A stretch of DNA of 64,000 bases, taken from the NCBI RefSeq assembly GCF_009834535.1, contig NC_045696.1:91576001-91640000 (forward strand). Direction: 5' to 3'. Source of the stretch: Camelus ferus (lineage: Eukaryota). The notes below the pieces were generated by a model, which searched no databases, was not told the origin of the DNA, and was given only the letters and a program-made list of their open reading frames with translations. A program made the position numbers and the translations under genes. Positions 50,465 through 63,804 of this stretch are shown here, one piece after another (position 1 is the first letter of the stretch; each line of letters opens with the position of its first letter).

Positions 50465-51666
50465 CTAAGAGCCATTTCTTAACTCACCATGGTTTAAATA
50501 GATAATTATGAAGATTCAGGGTTTTGAAGATTAAGACGAAATCATGTTAAAAGAATAGGCGTATTGTGAACTTGGTTTAGCTGGAGAGACGAAGAATGTA
50601 CGTGGGATTTGATAAGGAAAACCATCACTTACCCTACTGGGAAAACTGGAAGGGGACCAGCTTTCACTGTATGGGCCTCGATCTTCTCATATTCCCTAGA
50701 GTAGCCACTGTGAGTGGAAGTCAGAGCTGGACTTCGTTTGTAACCATTTAAACTGTCCATGTCTGGAATGAAAAGAACATGGGCTTCCATGTCAGCTCTG
50801 CAGCACTCAAATCATTCTTCTACTGAGGTAGCCTGGCAGGCCACTTAATCTCTTGTCTGCAAATTGGTCTTACCTTGCAGGATTGTGCATACAGGTTAGG
50901 CAGATAAAAAGGGGTTCTGTTTTTACCCCTGCGATCCAAACAACTCATATTACAAAACACCCCGCTGCTTAGTAAAGTTTGAATTCTACATTTCCTATGA
51001 ACACAATTCAAAATACAGCTGTTTCAGAATGTTACCTCATTGAGATTAGGTCTGAATCTGAACAGTACAAGATTTTCATAATTAAAAAGCATGAGATCAA
51101 CCCTGGGCTCCTTAATTCCAGCTATTCTCTTGACCCTTCTGCCCTTGCCACCTCTGCTCAGTAGAATACTAACCCAGTTTAAAGACAGAGGAAATTCCTA
51201 CCCTGCCTTCTTTCATACATCATCAAATTCCCTTCCTCTGTACCTGCTATCATCTCAACAGTATGCGTAGTAGCATTTCTATTTGTACATCTTTGTCACA
51301 ATCCTTCAAACAGGAGCTAACAACCTACTTAAAACGTTAATTAAAACGTTTACATGTTGCTCTAATACATAATGCTTCCAATGGTTTCTCATTTCACTTT
51401 ACATAAAATACAAACCCCTGACCCTGCCTGTGTATGATCTGACCCTTGACAGCCTCTTCCATCAACCAACCTCTCCTCTTCCTGAAATATGCACATCTGT
51501 TCCTGAGCCTTTACACGTGCTGTCTGTCCGCCCTGCCTGGGATGCTCTTCTCCCAGACCTCGGGTGATAGGCTTCATCCTTCAGGTCCCCCCTCCAAAGT
51601 CACTTCTCCAAAGCCACCTCTCCAGAAGGGCCTTCTTTCACACCCTTTCTAAAATAAGCTCCTCTT

Positions 51667-51807
51667 GTGGGGAGGTTATAGCTTAGTGGTAGAGTGCATG
51701 CTTATCATGCACGAGGTCCTGGGTTCAATCTCCAGTATCTCTATTAAATAAATAAACCTAATTACCCCCCGCAAAAAAAGAATTAAAAAAAAAGATTTTA
51801 AATTTAG
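51667..51807 (+). mobile_element. tRNA-derived SINE inserted in an L2
   Basis: A/B boxes; perfect 16-bp duplication AAAATAAGCTCCTCTT at 51651-51666 and 51808-51823. Confidence 0.92.
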
Positions 51808-52231
51808 AAAATAAGCTCCTCTTAACATTGCCCCCTCCATCACTATTCCTTAGCTAACGCTTTTTTCATAATGCTTAGCACTATCTGAAATAACCTTACT
51901 TTACTTTATCACTGATTCTTACAACAATCTGAAATTACCTTATTTTATCATTGAATACAAGCTTCAAGAGGGCAGCAGGGATGTGTTTTTCTCATTATTA
52001 TATGCCCCTTATCTATTCCTACAACAGTGCCTGGCCTGTATTTGGGTATGCAGTAAATATTGAGGAATGAATTTCATACACACTAATTTGCTAAGCTCTC
52101 ATCTTTCAAGTTTGAGCATGTGTTCTTTTTCCAACTGCCCTTCCATGAGTGTGTATATCCCTGCGCAAGGTTCTAGGCTCCTGGCGCTCACAGATGAAAG
52201 GGGGCAGACAGACACTTAGCCGACAGCTGAG

Positions 52232-52550
52232 CGGAGCAAACTGGTGAGCCACGGGCCGAATCCTAGCAGGCACGGGTATCTGGTTTATTTAATGTTTGTT
52301 TTAAATGAACTGGTTGCTAATATTTTTAATTGGAAATACATAACAACCTGGATTTTCAACTTAAAAAAAAAATTAGAATACATGAAATCTACAGCCCCTC
52401 AAGGCCAACAGTCGACTAGCACCAAGCGGCCCTCTGGCGGGGCGCGTGGATGACGGTGCATTATAGCTCTTTCTACGCTCCCTTAGCCGCAGCACGGAAG
52501 CAGATGCCAGTTTTCATTTATCGCTATGTTGACACTGGTGTTTTTCTTGA
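52232..52550 (+). mobile_element. hAT-Charlie (MER102-like) remnant
   Basis: GCAAACTGG...CACGGGCCGAATCC start and colinear resemblance to MER102 from memory. Confidence 0.5.
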
Positions 52551-53154
52551 ATCCTGCTCCTTTTGCTCATTGATATTATCTGCCTGGTCCTTTCAAAAGA
52601 CCCCTGACATCTCAGAAGATGGTCCAAGACCTGCCCGCGTCCCCACAGCTGTGAGTGTGGCATCGCTTGTCCAGGCTCCAGGGCCAGCTGCAAACCAGAC
52701 CGTCCGCCGTGCCCAGCACCTCGCCCCCGCTTGACCCAGAGTAACGCAGTTCACCTTCCTCATCTGCATTTTCTCACCTGAGCGGTTCCTGCGCCGCTGG
52801 AGCACGTGCAGGAAGTTCCACAGATGGATCCTTCCGGTTTCTATATAGAGCATATGACACGTCAGATCTTTGTACAGCACACAAGGTACATCATAAATCG
52901 AAGCCACCATGAGGTTCAATATTCCACCCGGAACGACAAAACTAATTTCCTGCTCAAAATGTATTATTCTTGTGGGCCTTTCCAAACCAACCAAGTTTTA
53001 CTGATATGATAACTGCAACCAAGACTAGTGTTGAAATTAGTTAGCCAAGCTTTCCACTCCTAGCAGACTGTATTTGTTTTTGAGCTGTGTTTCCCGTATT
53101 AAAATAGAAAAAAAAATATATATATATGTCTACATATATAGGGGGAGAGAGACA

Positions 53155-53868
53155 GAGGTGTAGTTGATGTATCAGTTTCAGGTGTACAACAGCAATTCGC
53201 AATTTTTAAAGGCTGTGCTTCATTTATAGTCATTATAAAATATTGGCCATACTCCCTGTGTTGTACAGTATATCTTTGTAGCTTATTTTATGCATAATAG
53301 TTTGTATCTTTTAATCCCCTCCCGGACCCGTGCCACTCCCTGCTCCCCCCGCCACTGGTGACCACTAATTTATTCTCTGTATCTGTGAGTCTGTTTTTGT
53401 TATATTCACTAGTTTATTTTTTTTAGATTCTACATATAAGTGATACCATATTGTATTTGTCTTTCTCTGACTTATTTCACTAAGCATAATACCCTTCAAG
53501 TCCATCCATGTTGTTGCAAATGGCAAGATTTCATATTTTTGTTTTACACTGATAATATGCCACATTTTCTTTATCCAGTCATCTGTTGATGGACACTTAT
53601 GTTGCTTCCTTATATTGACAATTGTAAATAATGCTGCTATGAACACTGGGGTGCATGTATCTTTTTGAATCAATGTTTGCATTTTCTTCAGATATATACC
53701 CAGGAGTAGAATTGTTGGATCATATGGTGGTTCTATTTTCAGTTTTTTGAGGAACCTCCGTACTGCTTTCCAGTGGCTGCCCCAATTTACATTCTCACCA
53801 ACAGTGTAGAAGGGTGCCCTTTTCTGCACATTCTCCCCAACATTTGTTATTTGTTCTCTTTTTGATGT
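53155..53868 (-). mobile_element. L1 3' portion (ORF2 C-terminus plus 3'UTR)
   Basis: Minus ORF 53365..53829 ([21 protein letters not shown]...KDTCTPVFIAALFTI...KCPSTDDWIKKMW) is the L1 ORF2p C-terminus. Confidence 0.92.
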
Positions 53869-54719
53869 AACAGACTACACTTTATACACAATTGAAATTG
53901 AGAGTCAGCAAATGAACTTTCAACTTGAAAATAGTCAAACTGCCAATGTCAAGGTTCTACTGTAATTGCATATATACCTCATGAAGCCTTCCATGATGGG
54001 TTTCTGCCTAGAGAAATAAGGTCAGGGAAAGTCTTGATGTCTAGACATATACCAAATACCTACTTACAATTAGTATCTGTTTGCAGGGTACTTGCTACCC
54101 AAGTGGAGACAAAACCAATTTTTTTAAAAAGCCAAATACATCCAGAGTAATCCTGAGTATGTTTCAGGGCCAAGCAAGCAGCACACTGAGGGCTGAGTTA
54201 AAGAAGAAAGAGGGACGCCTGTGGTCTAGGGGGCCTTGCAAAGTTCATAGAGGATAGGGAACATGGGCTGGGCTTAGAATGGGAAGGATTTAACAGGACA
54301 AGGACGAGGAGGCAGTGTCCTACCGAGGCAAGGTTCTAGGTGTAGATTCAGGGCAGCTTGGAGGGTGCCCTGGGAGAGACCAGATGTGTCTGTTCTGGCT
54401 GGAGAGGCTCATGCAGGGAGTAATGAACAATAATACTGGACTGGAAATGGTGAGGCTCATGCAGTCAGACTGTCTGGGGTCAATGCTTAGCCCCTCTAAC
54501 TACTAGCAGGCTAATTTTGCACACACTACTTAACCACTCTGAGCTTCCATTTCCCATCTGCAGAAAGTCATTGAACCTGCTGAATTCAGATGCTATGAGT
54601 AAAGGAAATAATGTAACTGCATTTAGTGCCATGATAGGCTTGTAGTGAATGTTAAATAATAATGGTATTATCATTATTAACATCATCAGAGGCTTCAGAC
54701 TAAGGTATCTTGTAGCTGT

Positions 54720-54930
54720 GTCACTGCATTCTCTGCCTCCATCTTCCTGCAGCCTTTTCCTGTGTCCTCCCCTCTTACAAGGACACCAGGCATTGGATTT
54801 TGGGCCCACTCCAAACCAGCATGACCTTAACTGATGACATCTACAAAGACACGCTGTCCAAATAAGGTCACATTCTAAGGTTCTACGTGGACATGAATTT
54901 TTTTAGGGGGGAACTATCCAACTCACTACA
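54720..54930 (-). mobile_element. MLT1-type LTR fragment
   Basis: CTTACAAGGACACCAGGCATTGGATTTTGGGCCCAC...CCAAATAAGGTCACATTC is antisense MLT1-like. Confidence 0.65.
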
Positions 54931-54974
54931 GTGACATAGGAAAAATGATGTTAATAGAAACAAGTCAACATTTT

Positions 54975-57195
54975 AAAAAACGTTTTCATTTTGAAATAAT
55001 CATACATAAAAGAGTTGCAAAAATCCTACAAATAATTCCTGTATTCAGAGTCCCCAGATGTTAACATGTGACCACATGTGCTTTATCCCCCCGTTCTCTC
55101 TCCACATGTATGTCTACGTAATGGGTTTTCTGCTCTGCTTGAGAGGAAGCTGCAGTCATGATGTCCCCTTCCCGGTAAGTATTTCAGTGCATACTCCCTA
55201 GAGACAAGGGCATTAATCTTACACAGCCACAATGTAGTTACCAAAGTCAGGAAATTAACATAACTGGCCCCAAACTATAATCTATTGACCTTTTTCAAAT
55301 ATTGCCCATTTTCCTACCAATGTCCTTTTCCTAGTCCAGTCTAATCACATGTTGCCTTTAGTCTCCATCCAGCTGTAATAGTTCCTCAGTCTGTCTGTCA
55401 TCACTCTGATACTTTTGTTTGTTTTTTGTTTGGGGGAGATTTTCTTTTCCCACTATTATAGTTTGATAAATTTCAAATGTCTAAGGAAATTTTTAATAGT
55501 AGTACAACTGATACCCTTATATTCATTACCTAAGATTCATTAATAGTTAACATTTTGCTTCATATCTCTATGTCTACGTATGCAGACATATGTTTTTCTT
55601 TTTCTCTCTTTTCTGGACTATTTGAGTTACTTTACCCCTAAGTACTTTAGCATGTAACACCAAGGATTGAGGACATCTGCCTACACAGTCACAACTGTCA
55701 TCACACTCAGGAGCGTTAACACTGACACAATTCTGTAATACACAGTTTGTATTTGAGTGCTCCAGACCTCTGTAGTAATGTTTTTTATACCTGTGGGTGG
55801 GTTGGTTGATACAGGATCCAACCAGAGATTATCTACCGTTTTTAGCTGGATATCTCTTAGGATGCATTCATTTAGAAACTTCCCTGTGACTAGATTCATG
55901 TTGAACATTTTTGGGAGGCATATTACATAGATGATATCATGTTCCAGGGTATCACCAAGAGCACTCACATCAATTTGCCTCACCATTGGTGATGTTAAGT
56001 TTGATCATTTGACTGAGGCAGTGTCCGCCAAACGCCTCCTCTATAGAGGTAACTTTAATCTGTACTCTGTGTGGGGTTATACATGAAGACTGTGTGAACT
56101 TCCTGTTCTTTGAGAGTTTTTACCAGTGGCTTTAGCATCCATTAAAGGTCTTGCCTGAATCAAGCTCTTTTGCTTTTGTCTTTTTTTTTTTTTTTTTTGC
56201 CATAGTGGTTGGAAGATGGTGATTTTTCTATTTCAAGTTTGTTTAAACATTTTTCTGTAAAAAAAAAATCTTTCCCTTCTCCACCTCTTTTTAATTTTTA
56301 AAAGTATCTATAGATTTACAGGTTTTTAAAATTCAGTGTGTTATAATTTGTTCCTATCATTATTATGATGCTGAAAGCATTCCAGATTAGGCCAGTGGAA
56401 ACTCCTGTGAGCCCGCTCCTTTGATCTTTCAATATGCCCCGCCCCCCACTTAGTTTGGGGGCATCACATTACTTTCCTGTACAACAAAATTATCCAGGCT
56501 CACCTGGTACTTTCTCTGCTTCAACCCAGGAATGAGCCACTCCCCTAAGAAGCATAGGTTCCTCTTAGTGAGCCATCAAACTCTGATAATTGGAATGTCA
56601 TTGCTTCTACACCTTTTTGTATGAATCCTTTGATTCCAGTCTGTTGCTACAGGGTTCCTTCCCTCCTCCCCACTGGTGTAAAACAGTGGTTTTGTAGAAT
56701 GTCCCTTAATTGGAGTTTGTGTGATATGTCTTTGCGGTTAGATTTGGGTTTTGTGTTTGGGGCAGGAATACAACAGAGGTGAGGTTTTGTCATGTCGATT
56801 TGTTTCACTACTGATGGTGTTAACTTTGGTCATCTGTTAGGGAGGTGTCTGCCAGTGTCCTCTACTTAAATGTTACCATTTTAACCTTTGCAATTGATAA
56901 GATACATTAAGATATATTTTTCATCATAATTCTGACTGCTAATTTTGGCATACCTTGATAATTTTGCCAGAAACATTTATTGAAAACAATTTTCTAATTC
57001 TACTATTCCTTCTACATGTATTAGTTGGAATCCCACTGAAAGGAAGAGCTTTTCATTTATTCATTTGTTCATGTGTATTACTATGGACTCATTTTGTGGG
57101 TTATAATTCATTAATATTATTACATAATTTTTTGCTCAAATTATCCCAAATGTGGCCAATGAGAGCCCCTTTGAGCTAGTTTATGTATCCTTTCA
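54975..57195 (-). mobile_element. Cluster of old L1 (L1MC/L1MD-like) 3' fragments
   Basis: T-rich antisense L1M 3'UTR-like motifs such as AAAAGAGTTGCAAAAAT and AGATTCATGTTGAACATTTTTGG; boundaries approximate. Confidence 0.55.
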
Positions 57196-57507
57196 GGTGA
57201 ACACTTTAAGACTTTCCTTTGCACGTGCGACTTTTCAAAAGATCCCACCATGTGAATGTTCTGCAGAAGAATAAAACAAGCAGCTCTCGGGCTTTCTCGT
57301 CAGCACTGGCTTTGGAGGGGATGAAGTGACTTCCGAAGGTCAGGATAACTACACTGCCAGTTCTTAGGGCTCTCGTGGCTGAAATTTCCAGAACAACTGC
57401 CCTTTGGTGCAGGACACCCTCCCTCCCTCAAGATTAGTTCCCTGACTCTTTGATGTTCTTTCCTGACAAGCCTTTTAATCTGCGGTACAAGGTAGCAATA
57501 AGTACTA

Positions 57508-57525
57508 CCGCCACTAGAGGTCACC
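57508..57525 (+). promoter_or_regulatory. CTCF-like motif
   Basis: CCGCCACTAGAGGTCACC. Confidence 0.5.
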
Positions 57526-60500
57526 ATTTGGCCGGACGTGATGAAGATCTCTCAATCTCTCATCAGCTGACTCTCAAGCCTTATTAGGAACACAATAAGG
57601 ACTTGTTTGTTTCCCAAGGGGCAACAGTATCTCTATACATGTCCACTTAAGCCTTATTTAGGCTCTTAATTCAGACTTGAACCTTTGCTAAGTTCTGCTT
57701 GCAGAAGAGTAAACACAGCAACCCCAGTTTATACAAGCACTATGTTCCAGGTACCATTCTGTTTCTCATATATTGACTCATTGAGCATCTTTCAAAAACC
57801 CTATGGTGGTGTGATGGTGGGGAACCCATGAGGAAGTGATTTCACACAGCTAGTAAGTGGTTGAGCCAGGATTCAAACCCAGTTTGTCTGTATACTTAAC
57901 CACTAAACTGTGTATCAGCCTGCACAGCTTTGCCGGCGTCCCATTTTCATCAGATCTTCCCATATAAAGCCTGGAGTCACCGGCCTCTTTATTAAAGTGT
58001 CGGCATAATAAGATTTGAAATTGTCAGGTCTTTAGGGAGCTTGGCAGTGGATGCCGACTACCAGCTGGGTGCCGCCAGGACCTTGCCCAGCAGTCATCCT
58101 GACACCCACACCTCAGCCCAGCCTGCCCTCCGGTTGCAAGCTGGCCAGTGTGGGGCTCGATCCCAGTAACCCTGTGGCTCCACTGCCACCCTATTCAGTA
58201 TCGCGCTCAGAGAACCTGGGGCCACCAGCTCTTTCCCACGTGGCCCTGGCTTCCTAGAAGCAGTAGCAGCTTGCTTTGGAAGCTGCTTCAAATTAAGCCC
58301 AAAGAAAGGTACAAAGGTACCTGATAAACTTTGAGATCTTTCCTCCTTGGCAGGCGGTGGGGGAAGGGGCATGGGTTCTGGAGTTAGACTCACCTACACT
58401 CGAAGCCTGTTGGTCCTGCTCAGTGCCGTGTGGCCTCGGATAGAATTGCTTAACTCCTCTGAGCCCGTACGTCCTCATCTGTGGGTAGACAATGATAACA
58501 CATCCCTGGCATGAATGCGGTGAGAGTTCATGACACACATAAAGCACACTGCTACAGGGTAGGAGGTACTCCACAGACTTGACTGTGATCACTTCCTTAA
58601 AGGCCCAGCCCGACTCCCACCAGTCAGAGAAGCTGACCCTGAGGTCACGGCCTCGGAGGAGCTCTCCTTTCCCCCAGACACCGGTGCCTCCTGCTGCCTG
58701 TGTTATTCCTTGAGCAATGAAGCCACTATCAAGTGTCGTCTCTTGTGTCGGCCTAATTCTCCAACTTGACTCCAGTCAGAGCTGGGACTGTCTTTTATGC
58801 AAACTTGAGAGGCCTACTCTGAACCGGCGACCCCATACAGTCAGTGCTCAGCACATGCCTGTGGATGACAGAAACTAACTGAAGTCAGTTCACAAGACTT
58901 TACAGAGGATTTACTGAGTGTCAGGCAATGGGTCGGGCTCTGGGAACGGGGAGGTGATTAAAACCCAGCACCCCACGAAAGGCGCTCCTGCACTGATTAA
59001 ACATTTCTGCAAAGGCCTGGAGCCATTCGTGCACCTTTTCCAGGCATCCAGTTCCCAGGGAAGGACTGTCTTTGTTGAGGCAGCCTGGTTCTCTGTCTCA
59101 AACAGGCAAAAGCCAAGTCCACAGCCCAGAGCCTCACACCCTGGAGAGGACATAACGTGGTCTTTAGTGTCCAAGGACCCTGAGGCCCCTAGGGACCTCA
59201 CAAGCTGTTCTAACCACCTGCTCCTTAAGACCAGCCAGCAGCCCCTGCTCTCCCAGGGGTGCAAGATGGTGAGGGCGGAGCCAGTCGCCTCTCCTGACCA
59301 CGAGGTGTCAGTGTTAAACTGCACATGGCTGAGGACTCAGTCAGTGATGGAGTCCCCGTGACTCACCCCAGCAATGTGGTATCTGCATGATTTATTCTTG
59401 GGTGGAGTGAAAAGGGGGAGAGAATGGGTCGGAAAAAATGAAACCATCTGTTGAATTCACAAGTTGCCACAATCATGGGTTCAACTGATGTTCAACTGAC
59501 TCTGACTAAGTATTTTTAGGGCAAAGAAATAAGGTAATTGGAGGGTTTCAGAAAGCAAGAACTGTCCGGAAACCCAAATGATAAATGGAGAAATACTATG
59601 CAATAGCAAAAGCTTTACTCTTTACTTAGCAAAACAAAATTATATTTTTTTTCCCCTAGGAAAAAGGCAGCTTTCAGAAGTTAAAAGAAACAGAGTTGAC
59701 AATCCCCCCGCCCCCACCGCCCGCAACAGAATAAGGAAGCATCCCTTTTATCTGGGTTCAGAACTGGCAAGCAACCCCGGCGTGGGCACTTCACAAACAT
59801 TCATAGTGATGAAAACGTCGAGAGTGCAAGGGAACTGTTTTGTCATTTCAAGAACCCTTCTGAAATGCCAGTGATTGTAGCAGGGTCCCAACTACCCTTT
59901 GCAAATCTTGAACAAGAAAAGCCCAGTTCAGCTGGTCACATGGGATGAAACCAAACAAGGACAGTGGGTTAATTTCTCCCGGAGTCTGGGGTTATGACTG
60001 TCCTTACAAAGAGCAGAGCAAATTGAAGCAGTGGATGGGATTTTTAAACCACCACTCCCAAAACACCCAAGCCACTAGGATCCAATGAGTCTACTTTGTG
60101 GGGATAACCTGGAAACTGCCTCGCTTGGCGGTGCATTGGCTATGCAGGCCGTGCCCACGGACAGAGTTAACGTCGGAGCAGGGAGTGGCCGTTCATCTGT
60201 CATCTTAAACCATCTAGATCATGCTGTATCAACTGAGTTGAGGGACATTCAGAGAGAACATGGTGAAACCGATACATTGGTATGCTGCCCGGTCAAGGTC
60301 TGCTTGTTTTGGCCCAGGTACACCTGGCCTTGGCCGGGGTGATCTTGATAAACAGAGAGGAAGGCACCTCAGTAACCATCGCCCGGACGGCCTGGGTTGG
60401 AGAAGCTGGGTTCTGGCGGAATCATGCCAGTCAGGCTTGGAGACCTTCCACCGGAGAGCTGGGCTCCGTCTGCCCCTACAGAGGCTTCTTTCTGGTTCTA

Positions 60501-63500
60501 GGAAACACTCTCCATTTGCTGGTGGTTGACTCAAGCCAGAGCAGGGGTGGGGCAGCCCCTGCTTGGACGTGGGCCTGGGCTACCTTCGGCCTGGACCAGA
60601 ACAGCTCTATTTCCTCACGCCAGCCCCCACGCTCCACCCCACCCCCAACAGTGGGTAGCCTCAGTCCTCTCAGCGCTGGAAGGGGCGATAGGGAGTCCCT
60701 CCTCCCCGCCAGTGGTTTCCCAGTCATCTGGGGCTCCCCGGTGCTGGGAGGAGCGCTGAGGCTGACATCGTGATGTCAGGGGCAGGGGGATCCAGAGCCC
60801 TGCTCATGGCCTTGAACCACAGTCAGTCAGTATAGCGGTGCCTGGCGCGCAGGCCCGGCCCCAGGAAAACCGTGGCCCTGGCCTTGCACACACACCTCTA
60901 TTTCTAGCACTCCCTCCCCTCCCTCCTGCCGCCACTTTGTCAGAACCCGCCCTTCCATTCCACCCTCAGAGCCTGACTGGGCACCTCTGCTGAGAGGTGG
61001 GCTGCGCCCTCCCTCCTCACAGATCCACAAGGCCAGGAAGGGAAGGAGCATTAACTCGGTGCTTTTTGTGCCAGAAGCTTCTGATGCCGGATCTCTTCTG
61101 ATCCTGCCCTCACACCTAAGAGGAAGGCCTCGTGACTCCCACCAGAACCTGGACGGTGCAGAGGCCCCCGAGCAGGGACCTGCCGCCTGCCTGCCCGAGT
61201 TCAAAGTCCAGCTTCACCCTTCACCCTGTGTGACCCTGGGCCGGTGACCTGACCCACATGCCTGTCCCCTGGGAAAACAGGAACCAGGCTATTGTGAGCA
61301 TAGAATGTGTGAACTTAGGTAGAAAGTGCCCAGGGCAGCCGTGTTAGTTATCATTATTAACTTTCTATGTTAAAGACGAGAAAACAGGTCACGGAGAAGG
61401 TGCAAAGTGTGGGTTCTGGTGGGCTCCATGCAAAAGCTTCCCCCAATTTCAGGCTGTTTCTCTATCACGTTGTAAATTGTCGTCCTCTCCCAGGGATGGT
61501 TACCGTAAGCCTTAAAAGTGAGTTTTAGACCAGGGTGTGGGACAGAACTTGGAAAAACAGGGCCACCTGAGTCGTATTTGGGCCCTGACATTGTGTCCCT
61601 GGAGCTGAGGGCTACCAGCTGCCAGCAGTGGGCTCACACCAGGCCTGCTCCAGCGTCTGGCCCAGGCTCCCACCCCCTCCGCTACCCGCCGGCTGAGACC
61701 ACAGGATTCTGACTCTAAGCCCCTGGTCCCCATCCTAAAATCTTGAGTAGTTCTCCCTGAAAATATGGCAGAGGTGGAATTTAAACCAAAGCCTGCCTGG
61801 CTCCAGAGCCCATGTTCTCTCCACTATCTTGGTCTGCTGCCCACAGCTGCCCAGACATCTGTGGCAGACAGACAAATGAGGCCACAGGGACTGACAGTCC
61901 GGACTTGGCCTTCATGTGCAGTGGGAAGGGAACAGGAAACTGGGACAAAGGCCAATGCTGGGCGCAAGCACATGTGCACAGAACTAAGTTATCCAATCAC
62001 TCAATTTAGAAATCCCATCAGTGGGAAGATCACACGCATTCACCTAACATGTAGGCAGGACTCCCTTCAGCCCCAAAGCAGAAAGGCATCCAGAGGTGTC
62101 TTGGGTCAGGCACACTGTGGTCTCAAGGGTGCAGCATTTTCTGGAGCTTATCTCATGCCCTGAATTGATCCTCTCCTGATTAGCTTTGAGATCTTGGCCA
62201 AATCTCTCAGCCTCTCTGAACCTCAATTTCCTAATACGGAAAGCCGGGCAAGTAATCCCCACCTCACAGGAGTAAAATGATTTGACATATGCAAGAAGGC
62301 CAGGGGCTGGCACGCAGAGATGTTTATGAAATGGTGAGCTTTTCTGGCCTGGGTGAGAACCCATGTACACTCTAAGTTCCACCCCAGAGAGGAAAGATCT
62401 GGAAGAAGGCTTCCAGCGCACTTGCCCGAATGTTCACTTCTCACGTGTGGGAAGAAGCCTGTCTTTGTGTCACTTCCCTGCACTGTGGGTATCAGACTCC
62501 CTGCTCAGCAACCCAGCACCTCTGATGGCTTGTCCACTGCCCTCCTGGGCCCCCTGGGCCTCTGTGACACACACAGCTGCCCACCTGCCCCTCCACTGGC
62601 AGACCCTCCACGCGGGTCAGTGCTGTGCTCACTGGCACCATGTGACATTCTCAGTTCTGCCCATCATCCGGTCTGCCTACTGAGGAGGAGGAGAGGACAC
62701 GGGCTGGAGCTTGGGGTGGGGGTGCTCACGGGGGGGAAGCCTCCAGAAGCCCAACAACCTTTCATCCCAGGCCCAATGCCAGGAAGCTGAGTCTAAAAGG
62801 AAACCCTCAGGGGAGGGGGCCTGGGAAGAGGCGTGCATGGGGCGTGGAGGACTATCTGGAATGTCCAAGGCTCTTCAGGAATCTCTGTCAGATGAGAAAG
62901 GAAAAGGAAAGCGGGTAACCAGATCAAAGGGCACGAGTGTTCAGCTGATTATTCACCATGACTAAAGGATGACCGTTGACTGGATTGCTAATTCCACAGG
63001 TATGGAGGGGAAGGGCTTGTTGGCTTTTTTTTCCTCCCCACCATGCAGGGCAGGGAGTCATTCAACTCCTAGCACTTACATGGTGAGAAGGGCGAGGGGT
63101 CTGAAGCCAGGATTCCTGGATTCGAGCTATGGTTCCACTAGCATGTGACCTTTTAGACCCCAAATTCTTCATGTGAAAATAAGGGCACTGGGGGGCTGCA
63201 GTGAGCAGTCTGTGAGAACATGTCCCACGAACAGGGAGCCCAGCAGTTAGTGCTCACTTGTTACTGTTAATGTGCAGGAGCCCTGATTTCTCTCCAGGCC
63301 ATCAGTGTCAGCAAGGAGGGAGGGGGCTCTTCATCAAGGCGTTTTGTAATCTTTGGAGGTTTTAAAAGGCTTTTTAAAGCCTGAAGTAAAGCTGCCCAGT
63401 TGCTTTGGTTTCTCCATCTGATCGCTTATCATTTGGGGGGGAAATATGGGCCCTTCTGGGGGAAGCCTTCACGAGTGGCCACCATCAGTCCCCAGGGAGG

Positions 63501-63785
63501 CCTCCCCGCAGGATTGGAGGAGCAGCCAGCCGTCTCGTAGCCGCCTGAGGAAGGCAGGCTGCGACATGCCTCCCACCTGGGGTCCAGGGCTGCCTTATTC
63601 ACTTTTACCTTCGTGGGCCACTTCCGCCACTAAAAAATATTTCAAAATATATTTTACGACTGCATTGGTATAAAAATAGATCTAATTCAGGCTGGGTTTA
63701 TTATGACATTCATCCTTAATAATTTTTCCTACATTTTAAGAGAATTGACATTTAATTGGAAAGAAATAAATTATGAGGAGCGATT

Positions 63786-63804
63786 TGGCCACTAGGGGGC
63801 AGCA
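63786..63804 (+). promoter_or_regulatory. Strong CTCF motif
   Basis: TGGCCACTAGGGGGCAGCA is a near-perfect consensus match. Confidence 0.7.

Noticed and set aside
3589..51807. tRNA genes
   Set aside because: The A/B-box sequences have A-rich tails, target-site duplications and varied mutations, so they are SINEs rather than functional tRNAs.
16956..53829. L1 ORF2-like ORFs (16956, 22144, 22516, 53365) as host genes
   Set aside because: Truncated, frameshifted retrotransposon fragments.
58911..62965. Several 120-165 aa ORFs in the GC-rich downstream region
   Set aside because: They overlap on both strands with no domain similarity or consistent splice framework.
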